From: Eledone cirrhosa | Lineage: Eukaryota | Direction of reading: 5' to 3' | Assembly: GCA_964016885.1 (NCBI GenBank) | Contig: OZ024746.1 | Coordinates: forward strand, 86,614,001-86,678,000 | Length of the DNA: 64,000 nucleotides | In this document: in pieces, positions 55,045 through 64,000 of the stretch | Layout of the letters: each line of letters opens with the position of its first letter | How positions within the stretch are numbered: the first letter of the stretch is position 1 | Notes under the pieces: generated by a model | What the model was told of the DNA's origin: nothing | Databases searched by the model: none | The model's input: only the letters and a program-made list of their open reading frames with translations | Translations under genes and position numbers: made by a program

Positions 55045-55414
55045 ATAAAAGGAATTCCAACTTTGTCTGATTTACTCGTTTTATTTACAATCCTTTAAAA
55101 TTTATAATGGTATTATAATGAAATAGTATGATAGAATATTAAATGTTAAGTGTTAATTGAACAAGTACTTTCATGCTTTCGCAATCTTCAGGTTCATAAT
55201 GTGTGGTGAAAGTCAAGTTTGCAATTTTCAACAGTTGAAAATTGCAAACTTGACTGTCACCACACATTATGAACCTGAAGATTGCGAAAGCATGAAAGTA
55301 CTTGTTCAATTAACACTTAACATTTAATATTCTATCATACTATTTCATTATAATACCATTATAAATTTTAAAGGATTGTAAATAAAACGAGTAAATCAGA
55401 CAAAGTTGGAATTC

Positions 55415-55421
<7 letters not shown>
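55045..55421. mobile_element. 377-bp spacerless palindrome centred on 55233 with hammerheads at 55158-55196 (-) and 55270-55308 (+)
   Basis: One mismatch seen between arms; TGAAC-CTGAAGA-T-TGC-GAAA-GCA-T-GAA-AGTACT-T-GTTCA. Confidence 0.9.
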
Positions 55422-55462
<41 letters not shown>

Positions 55463-55471
55463 CATATATAT

Positions 55472-55935
55472 ATTGTTATATTTGGGGAGGGTATATTGTT
55501 ATAATATTGCCAGAAACAATAATTGTTACTCATATAGGCACAATGCCAGCAATTTTACGGGAGGGGAAAGTCGATTAAATCGACACCAGTGCGTGATTGG
55601 TACTTTATTTTATCGACCCCGTAAAGATGAAAGGCAAAGTTAACCTCGGCGGGATTCAAATTCAGATCATAAAGGGCCGTAACTCTATGCTGCAAAGCAT
55701 GGCGTCCGAAGCCCTACCGATACTGCCAAAATAATAAAACACACTCAATGTTTGGTTTCGATTGGTTTTAGCTTCTGTGCCTCCATAGTTAATTTAAATA
55801 TATAGAAGCGAAAACCAATCCAAACCAAACAGTGAGTGTGTTTTTCTGGCAATATTATAACAATATGACCCTCCCCAAATATAACAATATTTGTTTCAAC
55901 ACACGAATTCATATCGAAAACCTTGCAAATCAAAT
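55472..55935. mobile_element. Short family-A fold-back whose left arm is interrupted by a SINE (55518-55728, -)
   Basis: Left arm 55472-55516 + 55739-55776 mirrors 55804-55890; ~45-nt tail; (TA)n flanks. Confidence 0.8.
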
Positions 55936-55956
55936 ATATATATATATACATATCAT

Positions 55957-56120
55957 TATATAGAGAGAAGTACACATAGAGATATGTGTTCAATCATAGG
56001 GAATAAAAAACCACCAGAATGACGTTTTATAGCTCTTCCATAGTTAATATGTATGTCACTCTGTTGGTTTTTGATTCCCTATGATTGAACACATATCTCT
56101 ATGTGTACTTCTCTCTATAT
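55957..56120. repeat. ~65-bp-arm inverted repeat with a tail to ~56208, between (TA)n tracts
   Basis: ATAGAGAGAAGTACACATAGAGATATGTGTTCAATCATAGGGAAT mirrored at 56075-56119. Confidence 0.85.
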
Positions 56121-56795
56121 GCTGATTTATAAAGAGCTTGGAATCTATCCCTTGAGCTCATTAAATCATAGGGATAAATTCAGGTCCTTAACACCGTTTT
56201 TAAATTTTATATATATATATAAAGTGTAAAGACCCCTTCTGTCACGAATGGCCATAGAAACTTCCTTTCCGGGGCACTGTGATTTTGTGAAAGACCTTGC
56301 ATACCATGTGAATCCAACTCTCAAACCAATAAGCCACACACACACTCACACATACATACACACACATATATTCTCATATATATATATATATAATAAGTTT
56401 AATGACAAAACAAAATTGGCAACGCTTGAAATAAATGAAAAACCTATCAGATAGTAAAACTAAAGCAAAGTTACTGTAAAATGGATGTTAGTTATGTTTC
56501 CTAAATAGAAAAAAAGATGTATTACTCAATGTCCTGAAGTTAGAAAAAAATTCAAATAAACTCATTGAATTAGAAAATTTAATACTATTAAAACGAACAA
56601 ATGTGAGGTGACGTATGACTAAGATAGATAAACTTGATAGTAAAAGACAAGAAGGAGTGTTTCAGCTGACTAGAAAGTAAAACAAACATATATGTAAAGT
56701 CTTTCTGTGGTTGAAATAGTTTAAAGATACGATCAGATTAAACACAAGTTCGAGAGATATAAAGAGGAAAATTGATAAGACAAAAATTGATATTA

Positions 56796-57310
56796 TAATA
56801 ATTGTTTCTACGTTAGGCACAAGGCCAGCAATTAACCAGTGCATTACTGGTACTTTATTTTATCGACCCCGTAAGGATGAAAGGCAAAGTTAACCTTGGC
56901 GGGATTTGAACTCGGAATGGCAAGGGCCGTAACTCTATACGTCAAAGCATGGCGTCCGACCCTCTACCAATACTGCCAATCCACCTAATGACTGAGAAAT
57001 ATAGATTGAAGGAGAGCGTTGGTGAAAGAAGAAGAAGAAGAAGAAGAAGAAGAAGAAGAAGAAGAAGAAGAAGAAGAAGAAGAAGAAGAGCGTTGGTGAA
57101 GGAATAATAATAATAATAATAATTGTTTCTACTTTAGTCACAAGGCCAGCAATTACCCAGTGTATTACTGGTACTTTATTTTATCGACCCCGTAAGGATG
57201 AAAGGCAAAGTCAACCTCGGCGGAATTTGAACTCAGAATGGCAAGGGCCGTAACTCTATGCGTCAAAGCATGGTGTCCGACCCTCTACCGATACTGCCAA
57301 TTCACCGCCC
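56796..57310 (-). mobile_element. Two family-S SINEs (56796-56985, 57118-57310)
   Basis: Near-consensus young copies. Confidence 0.9.
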
Positions 57311-57364
57311 TTATAATATAATAATGATTTTATTTATTGGACACAAGGGCCGAAATGTAGGGTA

Positions 57365-57407
<43 letters not shown>

Positions 57408-57411
<4 letters not shown>

Positions 57412-58667
57412 GAAGGAATTGTTAAGAACTGAATACATTCGGAGAGTAAGGAGCGTATTGAAGTCGCATCTGAACAGCAGAAATGCCATAAGCGCAGTAA
57501 ATTCCCGAGCTGTGTCTATTATTAGGTACAGTGCGGGAATTCTGAGATGGAATGTTGCTGAACAAAAAGAAATGGATAGGAAGACTAGGAAGCTATTGAC
57601 TATCTACAACATGTTCCACAAGAGGAGTGATGTCGATAGACTCTACCTAAGGAGATCTGAGGGTGGAAGAGGTCTTATCAGCATAGAGGACTGTGTTCAG
57701 ATGGAGAAAAACAACCTATACAAATACGTGACCTATAGTAAGGAGTCAATGCTCAGAACTGTACTGAAGGAGGGGACAGTAGGCCAGGGGATGTCCAAGG
57801 AGGAAATAACATCAAGGAGGAAGAGCAGCCTTAAGGGAAAATCCCTTCATAGTACCTTCTTTGAGAAAACTGAATTTAGAGATCCACAGACATGGAACTG
57901 GTTGAGAAGAGGAGACCTCAAAAAGGCTACAGAAGGAATGCTAATGGCTGCGCAGGAGCAGGCCCTCAAAACGAAGTGGTTGAAGCACCATATTTACAAG
58001 GAGGAGGCTAGCCCACTGTGCAGGATCTGTGGAGAGAGAGAGGAGACTGTGGCACACATTGTGTCCGAGTGTAAACACCTAGCCCAGACCCACTATAAGG
58101 GCTGGAGACACGATGTGATGGGCAGGGTGATCCACTGGCACCTGTGCAAAGTAAACAATTTACCACACTCTGAGAAATGGTATGAGCATAGGCCAGAGGC
58201 GGTGATGGAGAACAATCAGGTGAAGGTGCTGTGGGATTTTAGGATACAGACGGACAAAAAACTGGAACACAATAGACCTGAGCTGGTGGTTGTGGACAAA
58301 GAAAAAAGATCGTGTCTGATTGTGGATGTGGCCTGCCCTTTCGACACGAGAGTGCAAGAGAAGGAGAGGGAGAAAATTAACCGATACCAGGACCTAAAGT
58401 GGGAGGTGAAAAGGATTTGGAACTGCCATGAAGTCAAAGTGATCCCGATTGTCATAGGCGCACTGGGGACTATCTCCAAAAGTTTCCAGGGATGGTTAAA
58501 GAAAATCGGCCCCGTCACGCTTTTTGGAACGCTTCAAAAGGCATGCTTGCTTGGAACAGCAAGAACCCTCCGATACGTACTGAATATCTGAGGCTGCAGG
58601 TAGTGGCTTGATATTCATTCCAACGGACTTTCCAGTTAACCAACATCAATGACTGAGATTCAAGGAA
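57408..58667 (+). mobile_element. 5'-truncated R4/Dong-clade element, copy 1 (open frame 57419-58591)
   Basis: DVDRLYL..GGRGL, CRICGEREETVAHIVSEC, RHD, NRPE..DVACP (RLE); (AAT)n on both sides. Confidence 0.93.
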
Positions 58668-58695
58668 TAACAACAATAATAATAATAATAATATT

Positions 58696-60884
58696 AAGGG
58701 GTATTACATTAAAAATGTAACAGCCCTCCACCCGAAACTGACAACCAGGTTCAATGACTGCTTGATGTCAGGTGAGGTACCAGAGTGGTTGACAAAAGGT
58801 ACCACAGTTCTGGTAATGAAAGACCGAATCAAGGGCAATGATGTTACCAACTATAGACCTATCACATGTCTGTCCGTAATGTGGAAACTGTTGACAAGCT
58901 TTGTGTCTGAGGAAATCTACCATCACCACCACACAAACAACTTGTTACCGGACGAACAGAAAGGATGCCGAAAGATGTCGCGTGGTACAAAGGACCAGTT
59001 ACTTATTGATAAGATGGTAATGAGGAATTGCAACAGGAGATACACTGGTCTTGCCATGGGATGGATAGACTACAAAAAGGCATTTGACATGGTGCCTCAT
59101 TCTAGGATCACCAAAAGCCTAGAGATCTTCAAGGTGGCAGATAACATCAGACAGTTGTTGAGCAAAAGTATAGTATGAAGTCCTGGAAAACAGAGTTAAC
59201 ATTAGCTGGAGAATCCTTGGGAGGCGTGAAGATCAAGAGAGGTATCTTCCAGGGAGATAGTCTGTCCCCTCTGTTGTTTGTCCTTCCCCTGATGCCCCTG
59301 ACCATTATACTGCGAAAAGTGAGAGCAGGATACAAGTTGGGAAAGGGAGAGCTTACCATCAATCACCTCCTCTTCATGGACGATCTTAAACTCTTCGAGA
59401 AGAGTGAGAAGGAGTTGGATGTGCTTGTTGACACTGTCCGTATTTTCAGCAATGATATATGTATGCAATTTGGTATTAGTAAGTGTGGACTCCTTGTGAT
59501 GAAGTGGGGTAAATTGAGCAGAAGCAACAGAATCCAGGTACCAACAGGTGAGATGATAAAGGAAATTGACACTGAAGAAGGATACAAGTATTTGGGTATT
59601 TTGGAGGCTGATGACATCAAGAACAAAAAAATGAAGGAATTGATAAGATCTGAATACATTCGGAAAGTAAGGAGCGTATTAAAGTCACATCTGAACAGTA
59701 GGAATGCCATAAGTGCAGTAAATTCCCGAGCTGTGTCTATTATTAGGTACAGTGCGGGAATTCTGAGATGGAATGTTGCTAAACAAAAAGAAATGGATAG
59801 GAAGACTAGGAAGCTATTAACTATCTACAACATGTTCCACAAGAGGAGTGATGTCGATAGACTCTACTTAAGGAGATCTGAAGGTGGAAGAGGTCTTATC
59901 AGCATAGAGTGTGTTCAGATGGAGAAAAACAACCTATACAAATACGTGACCTATAGTAAGGAGCCAATGCTCAGAACTGTACTGAAGGAGGGGACAGTAG
60001 GCCAGGGGATGTCCAAGGAGGAAATAACATCAAGGAGGAAGAGCAGCCTTAAGGGAAAATCCCTTCATAGTACCTTCTTTGAGAAAACTGAATTTAGAGA
60101 TCCACAGACATGGAACTGGTTGAGAAGAGGAGACCTCAAAAAGGCTACAGAAGGAATGCTAATGGCTGCGCAGGAGCAGGCCCTCAAAACGAAGTGGTTG
60201 AAGCACCATATTTACAAGGAGGAGGCTAGCCCACTGTGCAGGATATGTGGAGAGAGAGAGGAGACTGTGGCACACATTGTGTCCGAGTGTAAACACCTAG
60301 CCCAGACCCACTATAAGGGCTGGAGACATGATGTGATGGGCAGGGTGATCCACTGGCACCTGTGCAAAGTAAACAATTTACCACACTCTGAGAAATGGTA
60401 TGAGCATAGGCCAGAGGCGGTGATAGAAAACGATCAGGTGAAGGTGCTATGGGATTTTAGGATACAGATGGACAAGAAACTGGAACACAATAGACCTGAC
60501 CTGGTGGTTTTGGACAAGGAAAAATATCGTGCCTGATTGTGGACGTAGCCTGCCCATTCGACACGAGAGTGCAAGAGAAGGAGAGGGAAAAAATTAACCG
60601 ATACCAGAAATTAAAGTGGGAGGTAAAAAGGATTTGGAACTGCCATGAAGTCAAAGTGGTCCCGATTGTCATAGGCGCACTAGGTACTATCTCAAAAAGT
60701 TTCCAGGGATGGTTAAAGAAAATTGGTCCCGCCCCGATTTTTGGAACACTTCAAAAGGCATGCTTGCTGGGAACAGCAAGAACTCTCCGATACGTCCTGA
60801 ATATCTGAGGCTGCAGGTAGTGGCTTGATATTCATTTCAACAAACTTTCCAGTTAACTAACATCAATGACTGAGACTCACAGAA
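58696..60884 (+). mobile_element. 5'-truncated R4/Dong-clade element, copy 2 (RT + RLE, frameshifts near 59175 and 60530)
   Basis: NYRPITCL, EQKGC, DYKKAFDMVPH, GIFQGDSLSP, HLLFMDDLK, YKYLG; 3' UTR nearly identical to copy 1; followed by (AAT)n/(AAG)n. Confidence 0.95.
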
Positions 60885-61595
60885 TAATAATAATGATAAT
60901 AATAATAATAATAAGAAGAAGAAGAAGAAGAGGAATAAGAATAAGAATAAGAATAAGAATAAGAATAAGAATAAGAAAACGAAGGAAAAGAAGAAGAAGA
61001 AGAAGAAGAAGAAGAAGAAGAAGAAGAAGAAGAAGAAGAAGAAGGCAAAGAAGAAGAATAAGAAATCAAAGAAGAAAAAGAAGAAGGCAAAGAAGAAGGA
61101 AACGAAGAAGGAAAAGAAGAAGAAAGCAAAGAAGAAGAAGGCAAAGAAGAAGAAGAAGAAGAAGAAGAAGAAGAAGAAGAAGAAGAAGAAGAAGAAGATT
61201 TTCATTGAAAAATGACATATATTAATAAAAGTAGCTTACATATTAAATATTAGAGCAAGGATATACTATATCGTTGTATGTATAACACGTCGTTTATGAA
61301 TAAGTGTAAAACGATAGCGTTTCAAAAGGAATTAAGTATATATGGGAAACTATATACGTGTGAATAGTAAATGTATAGTTCTAGTAAATTAAAAAGTGTG
61401 AAAGTTAAACAAACAAGCATACGTCAGACTGGAATATAAAATTAAATAACGTCATATCCTTTTCATCGCAGCGGCTCTTGTTGGTTCATGTTTGCAGAGA
61501 AAGTGACGCGTTATTTAACTTCAAAGAAAGAATTTGACTTTTGAAAATGTTGATGTTAACTTAGAGGTTTAAAACACTTCAGGGATTGAAATTTA

Positions 61596-61653
<58 letters not shown>

Positions 61654-61676
61654 TTATATATATATAGATAAATATG

Positions 61677-61722
<46 letters not shown>

Positions 61723-61728
61723 TGTATG

Positions 61729-61839
<111 letters not shown>

Positions 61840-61843
61840 GGAC

Positions 61844-61934
<91 letters not shown>

Positions 61935-61998
61935 CACATACATATATATATATATACACATACATATACTTATATATACATATATATATGTATATATA

Positions 61999-63220
61999 TT
62001 ACTCTTTTACTCTTTTACCTGTTTCAGCCATCCGGCTGAGGCCATGCTGGGGCACCGCCCTTGTTGCTACACATATTATCTCCAGCCTGTATAGGTTGGC
62101 CACTGGTGTAAGAGGGAGTTTGTTGCTGCTGTCCTTAGGTTTCCCTCGTGCCTTGCTGTGGGCTCATCCGGGATCCTGGATAGCAAGGTGTCGAGATGTT
62201 TCTTGAAGACATCCACCTCCACGTCATGCAAATCTCTCAGATCCCTCGGCAGATTGTTGAAGAGTTGAGAGCCCTTGAATCCCAGGCTATTGCAATACCT
62301 GCACCTTATTCTAGATGTGGAAGACGGGACCTTTGGCACCACACAGTGACGTCCTGTTCGACGGTTGGTCCAGCTCCCAATGCCAAAGTTTGGTGCTAGT
62401 CCCTCCAGGATTTTCCCCATGTAGATCACTGCGTATCTCTCCCGTCTTCGTTCCAAGGAGTAGAGGTTCAGTTCCTTTAGCGTCTCCCAGTAGCTTGTCT
62501 CCTTCATCGTGGCAATCCTCTTGGTGTAGCTTCGCTGGATTGCCTCAAGCTCCGTGGTTATTTTGACAATATGGGGTGACCACAACTGGGAGCAGTAGTC
62601 CAGGCGGCTTAGGAAAAATGTCCTCCATAGTGTCAACATGGTATCTCGGTCTCTTGTCCGGAAAATCCTTAAGATCCAGCCAGCGAGTCGTCTGCACATT
62701 GTCGCCACTTTCATGATGTGTGAGGAAAAAGATGCATCATCGCTCATGTCTATGCCCAGGTCTCGTATCGATTTTGACACGGGGATATCGGTCCCTCATG
62801 GTCCTGTGTAGTTGTGTTGTACTATATTTGTGTTTGCAGGTTTGTTTGGAGGTTTGTATTGTAGGGCTTGGAATTTGCCAGCATTAAACTGCATGTTGTT
62901 TTCTCCCGCCCATTTGTATATGGCATCCTGATCTTGTTGAAAAAGGGAAGCGTCAGCCGGGTTTTTGATTGCCTGTGCTACATGTTTTTAAGAGAACTGC
63001 TGGGAATCCATCAGGTCCAGCAGCTGAGTCTGTTCTAACTTCATCTATGGCGTACACCACATCCTCCTCCTTTATGTCTATGTGGTTGATGGTCGCCATT
63101 TCTTCATGTAATGTTGTGGCATCAAAGAACTCCTCTGGTTTCGTTATTTGCAGTGGACATGTGAACACACTTTTGTACTGTTCGTTCAGTATTTCACATA
63201 TCTCTTGTGGGTTTTCGGCT
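61999..63220 (-). mobile_element. CR1/L2-group LINE 3' portion with an internal deletion (junction ~62955)
   Basis: NNMQFNAGKFQ, IRDLGI, SRLDYCSQLWSP, YSLERRRERY; upstream AAGPDGFPAVLLK; 3' tail (GTAAAAGA)x2. Confidence 0.85.
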
Positions 63221-63499
63221 ATATATACATATACCTGTATATATATGATCATATTTAGAAGGTGTTATAAACACACCACTATGTGATCAATAGATAACAA
63301 TGCTAAACAGATTACAGTTAGTAGTGTTATGCTGTTTATGTCATAAAAAGTTATATGCGTGAGAAAAAAGTGACATAAACAGAGAGAAAATTAAATTCTT
63401 GTATATTGGCAGTCTAGGTGAAAAACAAAAAAAACAATGTTAGTTATGGCTAAAACTGAAAGCTAAATGAACTGGTTAGTTAAATAATCGAGAAAGATA

Positions 63500-63599
<100 letters not shown>

Positions 63600-63649
63600 T
63601 ATATTTTTCTCGATTGTATATATTTATATATATATACACACACAGGCAG

Positions 63650-63751
<102 letters not shown>

Positions 63752-63792
63752 CTATATCTATATATATATATTTATATCTATATATGTATATA

Positions 63793-63885
<93 letters not shown>

Positions 63886-63906
63886 TATATATATGTATAT
63901 GTATAC

Positions 63907-63937
<31 letters not shown>

Positions 63938-64000
63938 CTAGCTAACGGGTAGTAACTTATATAGACTTTTAATATGTAAAGACAATGTGAAGGTGGTATG

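Overview
AT-rich eukaryotic non-genic DNA, inferred to be octopus or another cephalopod from its SINE families and extreme (TA)n/(TATG)n/(AAT)n microsatellite load. No host protein-coding gene could be supported; almost all listed ORFs are microsatellite artefacts. Retroelements dominate: one intact two-ORF L1/Tx1-clade LINE inside an (AAT)n tract (29991-35770, -) plus decayed relatives, three R4/Dong-type copies each flanked by (TAA)n, a Penelope-like element (RT + GIY-YIG) with inverted pseudo-LTRs, CRE, CR1/L2 and RTE fragments, and about 19 copies of one tRNA-derived SINE. There is also a non-autonomous Helitron and hAT- and piggyBac-type MITEs. The strongest unexplained signal is a dense set of at least 15 hammerhead-ribozyme motifs from several unrelated pLTR-like families. 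Many are fold-back palindromes next to (TA)n tracts with one unpaired tail, and several have U.U in place of the usual pair at the base of stem II. The SINE 3' end matches the Tx1 LINE 3' end. A 4-copy degenerate tandem block of unknown origin spans about 41-51 kb. All structures were read by eye; coordinates of decayed elements are approximate.
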